64,000 bases of DNA from the human T2T-CHM13v2.0 reference genome, Homo sapiens, in assembly GCF_009914755.1 (NCBI RefSeq), contig NC_060933.1; one strand, given 5' to 3'. The notes below the pieces were generated by a model, which was not told the origin of the DNA, made no database searches, and saw only the letters and a program-made list of their open reading frames with translations. Every line of letters begins with the position of its first letter. The first letter of the stretch is position 1. A program made the translations under genes and the position numbers. Of the stretch, positions 39,233-55,300 are shown piece after piece.

Positions 39233-42200
39233 TTATTCACATTTAGACCAATACCCTGACAGAGATCATATTCTAAGTTTATAAGGTTCATGTCAGTTTT
39301 ATTTTGTGCAATACCTAACATGTTGTAGGCATTCAATACCTTTTAAAGTAAGTATAATTATTTTTGGTCCTATGGAAATTTTAGGTATGTGTCTATGTCC
39401 CTTCCAGATATTTTTCACTAAATTTAGCATTCTTTTTTTTTTTTTAATTCATTTCTCTGCAGACCCAAAGCTCTAAGCTGAAAAGTATTTGGCAATGATT
39501 TGCAGGCTTCCAAATATTCTCATTCAGTATCAGGTAACCATTAGAACCAATAACATTTTGTAGGATATTAAAATTCTTATTTTCTGGTATACTTCCAATT
39601 GAGCACATGTAGCAAGAAACCAAACGGTATTTATTTTACATATTAAGTCCATCTTTTCTACACAAATATCCAAATTCTTTTTTAGAGTGAAGAGAAAGAA
39701 TCTATATTCATATATGCAAGATGATTATGAGAAAAGCGTTCTGCAGATGTCTCCCCACGTTTAATCTTGCTAACCACGATGGATCTCTGCATTTTCACAC
39801 AGTGGCCCCGCCCATTCACAAATTCTCCTGAGTGAGCTATTTGGGGGTACAAAAGATGGAAAGCATGACAACTGGTTCTATGCTCGGGCTCTGAAGGCAT
39901 GTACAAGCAAGCAGTGATAATAATAGATGATAACCCAAGGCCATGAACTAACTCTGTCCACACAGAGAACTCAAATTGATGTTAATCGGAACCTGGCACA
40001 CGGATAGAGGCTAGGGTACGATTCCTTGGTTTGTAGATGGAAATAAACCCATGAAGAACTTTAATAAAATGAGTTCTAGATGGAACACAGTGTAATGCAG
40101 TAATGTAGTTCTTTTGCTTTTTTTCCTTCCCAGCTACATCTCTGTAAAATAACTCTATCAACATTTCCATGACAGCATTTTAAATCTGAGGAGAAAATGT
40201 TTCATTCTTGCCTTCTGTGAACTGAAACACATACACACTACAAATTTAAAAAATCAACTCAAAGAGGGGGAAGGGCCGTTTTTTCTCCCTCACCGAAATC
40301 TGTTATGTTTTGGCCAATCTTTTTGTTACCTTTTTCCAAATGGCATTAAATTTGTGAACATGAATATGCATTTCACCTCTCCTGGTAAGAGAACTTGGAT
40401 AACACTTGGCACTATAGACACAAGGTAACACTACACGAATATTCTTGAAACAATTTTCAGTTGGATTACTTTTCAAATATCAAGTCCCTAATTTGTATCC
40501 CCAGGCAGTGCAGACCCTGGTAGCAGCTCATTTCAGTGCCGATTATGCATGCTTTTCTAGAGAAACACATTATCTGAGCCCCAGGAATATGGGAGGCTTT
40601 CCAAAGAAGCACAGACAGTAAGGACCTTTATTTGCCAGCTAACTTTTTCCCCTGTCCTCTAATTTACAGCTCAGGGTATTAGGTAAGAAAACAAAGGATT
40701 TTCCCACACAGAAATAAACTTTTTGAAAAACCTTCAAATGAGATTTTAATGACACTATTTACCAATATAGAATGCATGCCGAAATAAACTGAAACACTTC
40801 TGGTGGTGGATTTTTCTTTTTCCTTTTTTCTCTTTTTCCCCTAATTTAACTATTGCAGGCAACATCATAGCAATTTAAGTTGGTTTTGTGACAAATTATT
40901 AGGACACTTATTTTAGAAGGAAAATCAACCAATAATTACTGCCCTGGCACACGGCTATTGTTCACAGCATAAACAGAAGCTGTGGCTGACAGCTGATGGG
41001 CCCAGCCCCCTGCTATCCTTAGAACACATTTGCAGATACCCAAGCCTCTTGCCAGACTAAGACATGCTGTAGCAATGCTTTTCATCCAACAGAGCTGCAC
41101 TGACCAGGTTATGCTGGCTACAACAGAATGACACCATTTTAGGACCTCCTCCCAGGTTGGACTTAGCTTTAGAAGCTAAAAATACTGTTATAAATACTAG
41201 GGATTCCACTTGTATAATAACATTGGCCTTTTTGCACCACTCTAAAATATGAATGTGTAATCCCAAGTACTTGAGTGTTAGATACAAGATCCCAAGTGTT
41301 TTTTTAGTGTCCACAGATCATGATGATAAGAAGAAAATGCTTTCTTGTATTTGAGTAACAGAAGCATTTGGGAATGTATGCCAGGTCACACACATGAGAT
41401 TCTAGATGAATTTAATCTTAGAGAATTAGAAAAGGGGTCTGCAGGTTATTGTGAGATAAGCCTTTATTCCATACCAAATGTAAAGATAAAGCCTCTGGGA
41501 TCTCAAAAGTTGAGTGATACATGCTGCTTCTTTCCCTCCATCTTTATATAACCCAGTCATAGTCACTAATTTAATGAAAGGAAAGGTGCTTTAAAGCTCT
41601 CTGTAGCACCTTTGTTCAATTTTACTGTCTGAAGTTTTTTGGTAACCTAGACAGAGTAAAAGCTGCCTTTTGAGATGGATCTAAAAATGCCATGAAAGTA
41701 GATCTCCTTTCAGGGCTGTTGTTTCAGAGGGAAAAAGACAAAAGAGAAATCTAAAGGGATGGGCTGCAGTTAATAATTAAATATCTATTAGTTACTCCAA
41801 TTCGCTACATAAATGGCCTCTGGGGGCTGCCAGAGCATCTTTCCAAGTCAAAGTAAACTACAGGGAAAGACAAAAACAGTGTTTAGAAATTGCAAAACAA
41901 CACAGTTATACTTTTACTTAGACTGGATTACATACAAAGCATTCGGTAATATAGTCATTATTTTTTTAAAGGGTCAATATAAAGGTTCTGCCATCCTTCA
42001 CTACCCATCCCATGTTCCAAACAGTCAAACAGCTCCCACCAGTGGTCCTGAACCCTTTAGTATATTTCCACACAGTTCCTTTCCCTTAAGAATCCCCAGT
42101 CTGTTCTGAATGGCTAAGCTTTGCCTGAGAAATCACAACACTGTAAGGGCTAGTACCGTTGCAAATTCATGATCTACAGCCTCAACTATACCCCTCTGTC

Positions 42201-42539
42201 ATCTATCAATCAACCTCCCACCCTTCACTACTCTCCAGCAATCAGCACTGCACTGACCTCTCACCTCCAAGAGATCGATGCTTTTGCCTCCTACATCAAC
42301 AGATAAAATAATGCCATCAAACATGAACTTGATGGCAAGTCACATCCTATTCACTGTATACGAATTTCTAACTTAGAAACCATTTTTCCCTTTATCTTAT
42401 TGAAGACCAATTGCTTCACTTGTGCTCTTGATCCACCTCTTCGCCATGCCCTAGGAACCTTGGTGCATCAATTGTCCCATCTCCCTACATAATCAGCACC
42501 TTCACTCTCTTCCTCTTTAACAGCTACTTCCCCTTAAAA

Positions 42540-42738
42540 CAGGGCCTTTCACTACTGACATTTTGGGTCAGACTATTCTTTGTTGTAGAGCCTGTCCTGT
42601 GCATTGCAAGAGATTGAGCAACATCCCTGGCTTCTACCCAATAGATAACACTAACATCCTAGCTACCAGTTGTGACAATCTAACATTATCAAATGTCTCC
42701 TGGGAAAACATCCTAAGTTTTAGCACCAAAACTACTGA
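42540..42738 (+). mobile_element. MER20 (hAT-Charlie)
   Basis: cactactgacattttgggtcaga...ttctttgttg...ctgtcctgtgcattg...agcaacatccctggcttctaccca...ccagttgtgacaa. Confidence 0.85.
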
Positions 42739-44659
42739 CTGTATCTCAAGAAACCACAGGATGGTTGGTCACCCTAGCTCAGATGCCTCCAAACATAGTC
42801 AACTACCCCCTACTTGGTACTGCTCTATTCCATTTAAATATTTTAATTTCTGCACATTTCACCTAGCTTATAAGTGTTCATCTTCTCTCTCTTCTGCTAG
42901 ACTGTGAGCCAACAAAAGGCATGATATGTAGTGGGTACTCCTCCGATATTACAACGCTCACCAAGGATCATGCTTCCACTAAAGTTTATGGAGTAAACGA
43001 CGAGTTCATAAGATTTAAGCATATACCCTGTACATATGAGCATATTTGGTTAAAGCCAAAATACAAGAAAAAGAAATACTTATGAATTAGGCACCTACTT
43101 ATGCTTTTATTGACAAAGCTATATAATCATTATATATACATGTAAGCCAGTGTAAAAAAGATACATACAAAGATTATATTCCCTCTGTCAAATTCAAACT
43201 GCCAGAAACTTAAATGTATTTTCAATTTTTCATAAGCATTAAGGGTTATAATAAAGAAAAATTACCTAAGTGAAACAACCAATAATTATTTTTGGTAAAA
43301 AATAAACTTAATACATGACTACAGTAATTGGTTTCCCTTCCTATGTATTTATTTATCCTTGGATTTTAGTCATTAGGAAGGCAATATTGTTCAAGACCAT
43401 TAACTTGCCAGAACTGTACTAGCTTCTCAAGTTGACCCTAATATGTGATATTATTAGCTCTTTTTTTCTGTTAGACTTTCCCTGTAGCATCTTCATCAAT
43501 CTTTCTAGCAAGATTGTTTTTTTCATAAGAAAAACAATTTCACATACTAAAACGTAGGATAATAGGAATTCATTCAAGATTCCTAAACATAACTTGTAAA
43601 TGTAATTGGAATTAGATTAACAACAAGCAATCAACGATTCAAAAAAATTAAATAGTTAAAAAAATAGGAAAGATGAGAGGATAGTCTTCACAAAGTGGCA
43701 ATCCAGCCTAGTTGATAAAGTACTCAACTCTCTGGTTATCCAAAAAGACATGGAAGGTTTCCTATGTAAGCAGGTTTCACATGTGATACTTCTCTAAGGC
43801 ACCTAAATAATCAACAAATACAACTTCTGCTTTCCTCCCCTGCCTCTTTGGGGAAATGTGTTTTATAATTGTAAGTAGAATTCATAGTTTGATCGCAGAA
43901 AGGCTGATGTGTCTTGTTTTGTGGCCAGAATTTATTGTAACTTAGGGGTTAAAAAGAGCAAAGCTGCAACAACATAATTTGTTTTTAAATTCACAGTGGT
44001 CCTTCACCCCTGAATAATAAAAAGCATTTTCTGGAAATAGTGTGCCTCATTTTACCAACTTTAGATCTTTAACATCTGAACTTCAAATTTTAAACAACAA
44101 TATGAATATGAAGGTGTGTATAGAAAAACATAAAGGAGATTTAAACATAAAGCTTTGAAAAAGTCAGTAATTAATGAACAAATATATTTCAATCACCAGC
44201 AGAGCCCCTGGAAATGCCACATATATGAACTTTTTCACAATCTTTCTATTTTTTATATTCCCTAGAGCATGACTCTCTCAACCATTCCCACTTGCTTTTT
44301 TTTTTTTTCTTTTTTTAATATCTCCTTCACCCTTTTCTTTTATATTACTGTATCTTTGGCAGCACTTGCTTATTCTTACTTCTGGTCTTTCCAAACTCAC
44401 CCAAACCATTAAATAGACAGTGCTATCCAAGAAACGTGCAGTTGCAATCAGGCCATGACCTTGTTCGAGAATCTTCCATGGTTCGCTACTATTGCCTACT
44501 TAGTGCAGAAGAGAAAGTCCTGTTCAAAGAATTTGCTAAACCTATCAGACAAGACTTTTTACATCTCTAATTTACCCGAGATAGCATCAACTCTCACTAT
44601 TCATAAACAAATCAGACTCCTAGCCTTTTATGAAAAAAACATTTTTTAACATTTTTATT

Positions 44660-44830
44660 TCAAAATACTGCCCAACAGCCCCCCACAACTGAATCACCTG
44701 TTGTTACTTGTTAAAGATGCATATTCTCTGAGACCAGATCCTGAATCAGAATGGCACAGTAAGGCCTGGGAATTTGTGTCACAAATGTCTCCTCCAGATG
44801 ATCTTTTAGCATACTAAAATTTTACAACCT
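44660..44830. mobile_element. MER5-type MITE
   Basis: gaatcacctg...cttgttaaagatgcatattc...ctgaatcagaa...ggcctgggaatttgtgt...ccagatgatc...catactaaaattt. Confidence 0.7.
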
Positions 44831-45022
44831 TTTTGTGTATTTGTTAAGACTATTCCATTATTCAAAAATATTTTCACTAAAACACCTGCTTCTTGAAAGC
44901 TGATTCCACTTTCAGAGCCATCTCAAATGCCTTCTCCTGGGTGAAATCTTTTCTAATCCCCAATCGAATATCATTTCTAAGGGCTCTGAACTCATGTATC
45001 ACTGTTTGGCCTCTCTCATGGC

Positions 45023-45572
45023 CAGAAGTAGATTTACCTTGACCTTAGGAAGCTTCAGCTTCAGGACCCTTTCCTTGCATAGGTACCACACGTCACACTG
45101 GCATGGTCAAATACATTATACAATTTGTAATAGTGAGGTATTTCCCTCCCAAGCATTTGAAGGCCACTCTTATTTACCTTCACACACAGTGGTGTTAGAA
45201 AGCTACAGGAAATTTTGCAGGGTCCAGCTAGGGAAGCTGAATTGAAATATATTTGTTTTGGATTTAGCAGAATATCTTTATATGGTTCACAGTTAAATTA
45301 TTACTGGCCTTCCGGTATAGGAAAGGTTTCTGGGAATACTCCCTACTGCTCACTTTATTAACTCATCCAGTTCCTTAGATGAGGATGTCAGTGACAAACT
45401 AGCTGATATGTCATAAATTCAAAGAGTGTTACAACCTGTCACTGTACAAGAAAACTGGAACACCCTGAAATCACATAGCTTTACATCACAGAAATTATCA
45501 CATTACCAATAGTAAGTTGTAAAGATGAAAGTTTATGAATTATTAATTTTAAGAAATATAAACTTAATAATT
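45023..45572 (+). mobile_element. hAT-Tip100 element (Arthur1B/MER69-like), possibly resuming after 46290
   Basis: cagaagtagatttacc...gaagcttcagcttcaggaccct...ggtccagctagggaagctgaatt...ggtataggaaaggtttctgggaatactccctactgc matches the recalled Arthur1 consensus. Confidence 0.65.
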
Positions 45573-45574
45573 AC

Positions 45575-46288
<714 letters not shown>

Positions 46289-49200
46289 AAGGAAAGCATA
46301 CATTTTACTAAGTCTAAGTTTTATATCCTCTGCAGAAATTGGCACATGGGTTTTTTTTAAAGGCACACAGTAGTCTCTCACTAAAAGTCTATCTAACTAA
46401 ACTGACTTATTTCCATGATCATAACAATTTAGATTTCATTTCAAATTATTTCTTATAATAATGTTTTACATCCTTTTGTAATACTTTATAATAAATTATC
46501 AAATTATTTTTTCTGGATTTAACAAATTTATTTGGGCTTGGCCAAAAATCTTAGCAGCAAAATATTGCTTGTCTTTTTAATTAATGATGTACAGAGAATA
46601 TGCTTTGTTCTTTTATCTCTCCCCGAAATAACTGAATTGAGAGAATAATGCAGAAAATGTAGAAGTTAAACTGATTCTTTTCAGCTTATTTGGACCCTAA
46701 CATGTTGCCTAATTACAATAGCAGTGAACACCCACAGATAACATGTATAACAGATTTTATGGGAATTAAAGGAGCTCTATAAAGGACTGATGTTTTCTTA
46801 AGCCTATTATTATGGAAGTTTATATGTAAATAGCAATTTAATTTTTAAAATCCTTACTACTAGTTGCAATAAATGTTCAATATTTGGTAAATTAACAAGT
46901 GCTATATGAGAACCACTGTGAGTCCCTCTCAGAACTCACATTGTGTCCTATTAAATTGTTCTGACCTTTCCCATTAAGGCAATTTTTCCCACAAAGGACA
47001 TATTGAGAGCTTCAATGAGCAGTTTTTAATAAGTTAACTATCAAGAAAGATATTTTTCTATTAGTACCAGTAGCCAATATGTCTATTTTTAAAAAATGAT
47101 TTCAGTATTTCCTCCAAGAGGACTAGATTCTCTCATACGTATCCTCAGAGATCCACAAAATAATATGAATTTGGCCCCATAATTAGTTTTGCAATTTTGT
47201 GCAGCATCTAGATAAAAGCACATTTGGAAAAAAAAAAAAAAAAAGGTGAAGACAAGTCAGAAATTCTCCTTTTTTTGTCCTTTTTTTGTATCTAGATGGA
47301 AACACTACCCTAGCTACAAAGGATGAGGCGGTATCTATTTCTACCATTGTAGAGTATTTCCTTCAAGAAGGCTGGAATACTACATTTCCTTGATACGGAA
47401 TCCCTGATATATAAAATGACCAACATAAATAAATACAATTGCAATGGATATCTAGACAATTAACTAAAATGCTAATGAGGCTCCAAAATCCAGCTTTAGT
47501 GCCAATTTTTACATAGCATCTCCTCTAATCGTTCATGATTATATTTTTGCCGCAGGCCCTTTGCTTCCTTCATCCTTAGGAAGCCTTGAACTTATTCTCA
47601 TCCTTCAACAATGTCAAAAGAAGTAACTGGAAAAAAAAAAAGTGACAAAATCAAGAAGGACACTGTGCCATTCCTTTGAAGCAGAACATTTCTGAATGAG
47701 AGGGGCATGATAATTATGCCTCTCAGATGCATATCCACATTTTTGCTAGCCATGGTCCTTGAGGATTTGGAGACATTTTTAAAATGAATTTCTTCAAGTG
47801 AATGCTGAGACACTTTGGCTGCAAGAATCTCAGGAGACTGTGTTGGCCAGATGGTGGCTACCATGCCAGAGAAGTCACAAAATGTTCCAGCTGAAAACTG
47901 ATTTAAGACAAGGCAACAATTCCATATTTTATGAGCCAAAATATTACACTATCCCATCAAGAGTCCTCCAGATTCCAACCTGTTGTTATCACCATGACCA
48001 TCAGTATTTTCAAATACTACTACTAAATAAAAACCAGTCAAGAGGAAAGGTTTCTAACCCTCTCCATCCAGGAATATATCTTTGAAGGTTTCTATCACTT
48101 CTAACTTATTTTACACCATGTTCTGAAGTAACAAGCTATCTAAAGTTTAAATACCAGTAGAGTGGATTCCCATCTGTGGGGTCTTGGACCAAGAAGAGGG
48201 TACAGAAGTAATTGATTGGGGCAAATAGAAAAGGAAGGAAATCCTTAAAGCAAATATGGGGCTGTTCACAGCCATTTCATCATTTTACAGGGATCTGTTT
48301 GAGAATAAAGAAAGATTCCAAATTTAAAAATTTTCTACCTATGGTTTTAGATGTCACTACAATTAATATCAACGTTCTCTAAATTATTAGAATCATTCCT
48401 CTTCAATGATGATATTTGATCTAGAGAAAGAATATTATCATGGCAGTGTAAAGGAATTATTCACCAATGAAGAATAAATGTAGAGAGAGAGAGAGAGACT
48501 GGTTCAAAAGATAATGCAATATCATACCTATTATAAGAAAAAGAATTGTTCAAAACAACTTCATCCAAATTGGTGGAGACACCCTCTGTTCCTCAGGTAC
48601 AAAAATGTGTAACATAGTCATTACCACTTCCTAATGAATTGCAAATGTGTTTTTCAGAAATTATTTTCCCAAAAAGCAAACATACCCACCTCAGTTTCCC
48701 CAAATATTAACCATATTTGGTTGAAATCTTTCTGAAATATAGCATGTACATGCTCTTGTCTTACACAGGCACATATCCTATAGAAGAATCAATAATCTAA
48801 GCTAAGCAATAATAGCCATACACGTAACAGGGATTTATTTTTTACCATCACAAATATTTAAAGGTTATAGGACTTGCATGTATTATTTGTTTTCCTTTTC
48901 CGCTTTTGATTCTGTGTGGCTCCGTTCGTAACAGTGCTTTGAGGGTTAAGCCCACTGGTGGCAGATGACTGGGTCAGATGCATTCAAAAAGATAACACTT
49001 ATCCAAATTAGTTGGAGTCATAAAAAACACTGTTTCTCACATTCCTGTCTCCTATTACTGAGTCTGCTTTATTGGTTACTGATCTTTGGCTCCCATTTTC
49101 AGTTATGCCTCCAGGATCCTCCCCAGCTGGCTCCCAGCCCCTCAGTGAACTTCTCCTTTTGACCCTGGCAGACTGCCATGATTCCACCTCTGAAACCACA

Positions 49201-49469
49201 AACTAAACTGGACTTGTTCTTTCTTCTGCAATGACTTCACATACTCTGGATTTGGTCCTGCTAAGCCCTATATTGTATCAGGCAGAGCAATCAAAAAGCA
49301 AACCTCAAAGAAGTAAGGTTTTATATACAAGGACTCTTGACTTTCCACTTACTCTTTACCTTTTTAAATTTCATTCCTTCCATCAACTTACAGGACCTTC
49401 CACAACCTGACAGTTGTCCTGGATAGCAGTAACAGTGAGCAATATGACTCCCTAAAAACTAACCTTCAT

Positions 49470-49700
49470 ATGGCATCTCAGACCTCAGAAAATCACATGA
49501 GATTTATCATTTAACTGAGACACACACACACACAAACACTTGCACTCACTCTGGCTATGAAAGAGCTTGTATCATTTCCCTTTTGCAGATGATGAATCTG
49601 AGGCTTATTGTTCTCAAAATCAGACATTTTTCTGGTTATAGAACAGTCCCAAGTTCAGATATTGTATCTATAAATACCCTGCTCTTTTTCATATGCCAGA
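49470..49700 (-). mobile_element. MIR (degenerate) with embedded (CA)n
   Basis: atcatttcccttttgcagatgatgaatctgaggctt... Confidence 0.55.
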
Positions 49701-50470
49701 CCCTTACAAGCTGAAGAGACAAAAATGCTCTGGACATAAAGATCTACCTGGCCTGAGGACACTAAAAAGAATCAAACCTTATTATAATGGTCAGAGAAAA
49801 TCCTAAAGGAGAAATCGCCTCTTCATCATGGTCAATACACAGTTCAGCCCAGGAATATGATTCACTGTTCTAAATTGCATTGTCAAGTATTCAAAATCAG
49901 TCTCTTATTTCTCATTACCAATTATAGCAGAAGGTTGTATTTATAGTGGGGGCATTTCCACATCTAGTATCAAGGCAGTACTATGCCTGACATATAGAAA
50001 AAATGACTTTGTATTCCAAAGGGAAATTTTAATGTCTAGGAACAATAAAAGTGTTAGAATATAAAATGTTTACAAAGAAATAAAAAGTTCACTTTAAAAG
50101 TTTAACACAGGTAAGAATAGCTGTAATTTTACAACACTTGTTCCTTTTCACTAACGTTTAAAAATTTTGTGCATGAAAGCAGAAAACAAAAAATTGCAAT
50201 ACCATCAGCAATTATATTCTACTATTACTCTGCCATATGCTGAGAAAAGCAAGATAAGAATGTTGATTTATACTTTCACAGTTATTTCTGTGTTTGTGTT
50301 TTATTTCTCCAACCATTGACACTTATTGAGTGCTTGTGACCTATGCAGTTATAGTAAAGTAAAAATGAAAAATCTCCTCCTGGTTAATTCTAAAACTTCA
50401 TAGCATTTTGTACATTTCACTAAATATTGAAAGGGACAGCTAATTAAGTATTTGGTCTACAACACGGATC

Positions 50471-50636
50471 TATTTATTTATTTATTTACCCATTCATTCA
50501 TTCATTCACTCATTCATTCTACAGGTAAAGCCTTGCTACGTTGCCCAGGCTGGTCTTAAACCTCCGGGTTCAAGTGATCTTCTACCCTCAGCCTCCTGAG
50601 TGGCTGGGACTCCATATGCATACCACCAGAGCCAAC
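50471..50636 (-). mobile_element. Alu monomer (FLAM-like) with (TTTA)/(TTCA) tail
   Basis: ttgctacgttgcccaggctggtctt...ggttcaagtgatc...ctcagcctcctgagtggctgggact...ccacc; single arm only. Confidence 0.8.
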
Positions 50637-52035
50637 TTTTTTTTGTTTTGTTTTTCATAGAGCTTTTCAAAACCTACAGAAGAACAATAACTTATGAGGA
50701 TTTGATGTATTTTACATAAGTGAGAGACAACCAAGTCACAACTGCATGTTTAATTACATAAATGTATATGAAGAGCACCGAGGTTCAAACTCTCAAAAGG
50801 AAGATCAAAATCGGTCCCTACATTTGTTACTGGGGAAACGGGGTCACTGCTATGTTGGAAAACAAACAAACAAACAAACAAACAAACAAAGGTCAGACTC
50901 CAAGAACAGGATGACAAGAGAATGCTTGAGGAAGAACACCAATCTTGGGATCAAGAGACAAGGAAGCATCTCTGCTGCTGGTTATGTTCATGGTATGGTC
51001 TGGGTACAACAGGGAAGAGATGACATACAACTATAGTCTATCTGTAGCCCACACCTGTTGTCTAATTGTAGACAACTCTTCAGGGCTCTGATACAGCCTA
51101 GGAAAAATGGAAATTTTCATCCTCTGGCTTTTCTCCAACCTCCAAACCTAACCCTCACAAGGGTTTCACTTCCTACTTGTTCATCCCAGTAGCATAGACT
51201 CACCAATTCACCATAGGCCCCAATACTCCCTACTGCCTTTCCCTCAAATCAGGACCATTTTTTCACTTTTATCTGGACCCTGTAAGCATCTGAATTTGTG
51301 ATTCTCAAACTTTTATCCCGTACTAAAATGGATATTTTTTTTCCATTTTGCAAATTCATTTCTGAAAACAACTGTTTTAAATTTTGGTTCTGTGGCACAC
51401 ACATTTACCTTTTTATGATGATTATCTTAAAGGAAACCTCTTTCTACATATGTATATAAAAGTTAAATGCTAAGCATATTATCTAAAGTCAGTAGAGACA
51501 CACCAGGGAAGGAATTCCTGGTGTCTGGAATATACAAATAAAAAGGTTTTGTTTTCATACACTTGGATAACTCTAAACTTCTCAGAATAATTAGTCTGTT
51601 AGCAATGATAAAACCTGGTATAAAAAGTCAAATACTTTTTATTTTATCAAATAAAAACTATTTGGAATTGAGCTTTTGAAACTGACTCTTCCAACTGGTC
51701 TTTTGATTGAAAGCTAATTTTTTAAATAATATACTTCTTATAATGAGGAGAATATTTTTCAAACATGTTTGAGGAATGGAACACCCAAGAATCTTGTTTT
51801 TTTTCTTTCCAAAACGAAACTAGTATTGAGATAATTGGCTTTTTTTTTTTTTAATTCTGGGTCCACAAGGTAAAAGACTCACAAGGAAAAAGCTACTATT
51901 AAGAAAATTAAAATTTTGGTTAACTTTTTATTTACCAAACTAAAAAAAAAAATATCACTGTCACTGAATGTTAGGTGGGAAATTTTGTTCTGCATGTGAT
52001 TGTAAAAGCATAGCTGTGATTGAGGATTTTAATAG

Positions 52036-52386
<351 letters not shown>

Positions 52387-55300
52387 TAAATGAAATCACA
52401 AAAATGATTAATTAAAGTGTAGATATTACCAATTAAGTCTTCAAAGTGCATTAAAAAAAAAAAAGCAAGCTTAAATAATTGGCGGAAAATGTTTTTTAAA
52501 TCACTGTGTTTCCCAAGACGATCTCTGATATTTCACACTGCTTACAGATCTTTCCGGATGTCATGGAAAAATATTTCCTGCAGTCTTTTCATTATCTCTA
52601 CCATGTCGAGAGGATATTAACTTTTATTTTAACCAACATCATCTGGAGACTGAACACTACAACACAGTGCAAAACCAATTGGCTCTTCATCCTCTCCAAA
52701 CTTTCACTAGAAACTTGAAGATATGCAAACGTTTACACCTATCATCAAATAAATCCATTCAAGATTCATATCAGAATCTTCTCTTAATAAGCCTTTAAAA
52801 AAATGACCAAGCATCATATTCCTTCTCATTTCTCATCACCATCATGTGTATCTATCAACTCTTCTGAATCATATTAACCGTGACCATCAAGGTTCAAAAT
52901 TTTCTTAGTGAATACGGACATTTTCCTATAGAGAACACAAGTGTGTAGATGCTGCCAATCTTTTCTTCAATAAAGGCAAATTGTTGTTTAAGCACTATGG
53001 GTACAAATACAAGGCAAGCACCCATCCCTGATATCAAACTGCACACCAAGAAGCATGGAAAAACAAGCCTTTATATAGTACTCCCTCCAATGTGATAGAT
53101 CAGCCAAGTGGCATGAAAGTTACACCTGCCAGTCAATCTATACTTTCCTAGTGAGCAGAGACCACCAGCTCATATACTTCCAGATAGCTCTGGTGTTTAT
53201 GGTATATAATCCTCTTAAATGCATGTTTGCTGAGACACAGTAATGACTCACATTGTATATATCCCCACACTACACTATTCCTGCATACAGCCAGAAGCTG
53301 CTTTAAAATATTTCCCCAGTCATATTCATATACAAAGATAAATAAATTTTTCAGTTTTTCACCAAGTTTTAAATGCAATCTCTTGAGTCCCATTGTTTTA
53401 TCACAGAAAGGTACACTTCAGCTTAAGAAGGGAAGAATTAACCATTCAACTTCAAACAATAACAGTACACTGAAGACCTAATTCAATTGGCACAGTCTGG
53501 GAAATGTTCACCAACTACACACAATTGAGTGATAGAATGCAAAATACTTCATGCTTTCTTAGCAGAACACTAAAATCTATCAGAGAATGCACCTTGATTT
53601 TGTCAAACTACAGCAATAAAAGTAAAGCAGCAAAAAAAAAATATGTTCGCTCATTCTCAAAAACTGAGTTCGAATTTTTTTGGAGGGAGGGTGTGGTTCT
53701 TTCACAAGCAGTTTTTAATCAAAAGTAAGATTTTGTTTATTTGTTTCAAATGTGTCAAATTGCTATGAAAAACAGAAACAAATATTAAGCTAGCCATTGT
53801 GTCCCCACGAAAATGCAGCAGGTCTTAATACTCTCCCAGCTGTTCTGACAACCACTGTAGGCAGCCCTTCCCCTCTGTAGACTTGGCTGCATTGCACTGG
53901 GGAGTAGCATGATGTCCACTTGAAACTGTATTATCTGGAGCTTGCTTTTAATGTAATTACTTCAAAACAGAGAAAAGAATTAAAAGGCAGGGTTTTTTGT
54001 TTTTGTTTTCCATGAGCTGATCCTTTGAACAGCTACTGAGAGGAGGACAGCTTACCTGAATTAGAAAGAAAAGCTCAACTGTTAAGTCACTTACCCTAAT
54101 TAAAGATCAATACAGATATTATTAGACATTCATTCTACCCATCTAATCCAGAGTTGTGATGTTACTTTTCATAATACCTGTATACACTTACTGCCAAATC
54201 TGTTTTCCTGCTTTTCCTATTGTCTTTTTCTCTATTATTTCCCTTCACCCCACTTTTATTTCTCTTCACAGAAATGCCCCTGCATGACACATAGTAACAA
54301 AAGTCACAGTCCCTTTGCAAGAAGGAAGAAGCTTGAATTTAAGCAGTTCTTTTAAAAATTCAATATCCAAAGAAATACTTTACTGTAACAGTGTCATTGC
54401 TACTCCTTAGACTTGTTATTATGTTTGTGAAAGTTAATTATCTGATAAGATACACTGTGGTTACTACTGTCACAAAAAAATGCATGGGTATGTTTATTAA
54501 TTCAAAGTGTTCCAATGAAATAAAGTGTGTTAACTAAAGAACTGAACAATTATTTCCCCGTAATTATTACTGCACATTTAGGCGTTTCATAACTGTTTTT
54601 TTTTTTTCTGAATGAAAATCACTTTATATTTAAAACTATCAGCATTTACAGCTTTGTATTGTAAAAGAATATGCTATTTTGTCCATATTTTTATACTAAA
54701 GGCCCAGGTTGAAAAATCCAACAATTTAAATTGAAGATTTTTTTCCCCTGCTGTAGAAAAGTGTCAACATTTGAGCAAATCATTAAACATACTAGAACAA
54801 GAACCTACAACTAAAATGCTGATTATGATTCATTTCAAATATTTTAAGTGTTAAGTCAACATTCAATGCAGGATAAAATGAAATGGTTTGTTCAGAAGGA
54901 ATAGTTAGAGATCTGCTTACTATTCTTTCTATTTCTGTTATTTTCCTGGGATAATCCATAAAAATCTTATGTGAAAGGGAAAAAAAGAGAAGATAGTTTA
55001 AAAATGAAAGCCATAATCTGAATGGAATTCGTATGGCTTCATATCAGAAAGCCCTTATAGGTGTCACTGCCTCATAAAATTCTAGCAATAAAATTGAAGC
55101 CAAATACTCTCCTTTCACAGAAACTACCTTTTTCTCAATATCTAAAAATTTGTTCTAAGACAATTGGAAGAGAAAATACATGCACTCCTCTAGCCAATAG
55201 ATCTGCAAACTTCTAGGTGACTCATTTGATAACAGGAGACAAAATTGTACAACACACTAAACTCTATTATTTCTACATCCCAGTAGTTTCCAGTATAATG

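Noticed and set aside
48948-48966. CTCF-like cccactggtggcag (similar words near 11945 and 47845)
   Set aside because: Only a partial match by eye; needs a PWM scan and ChIP data.
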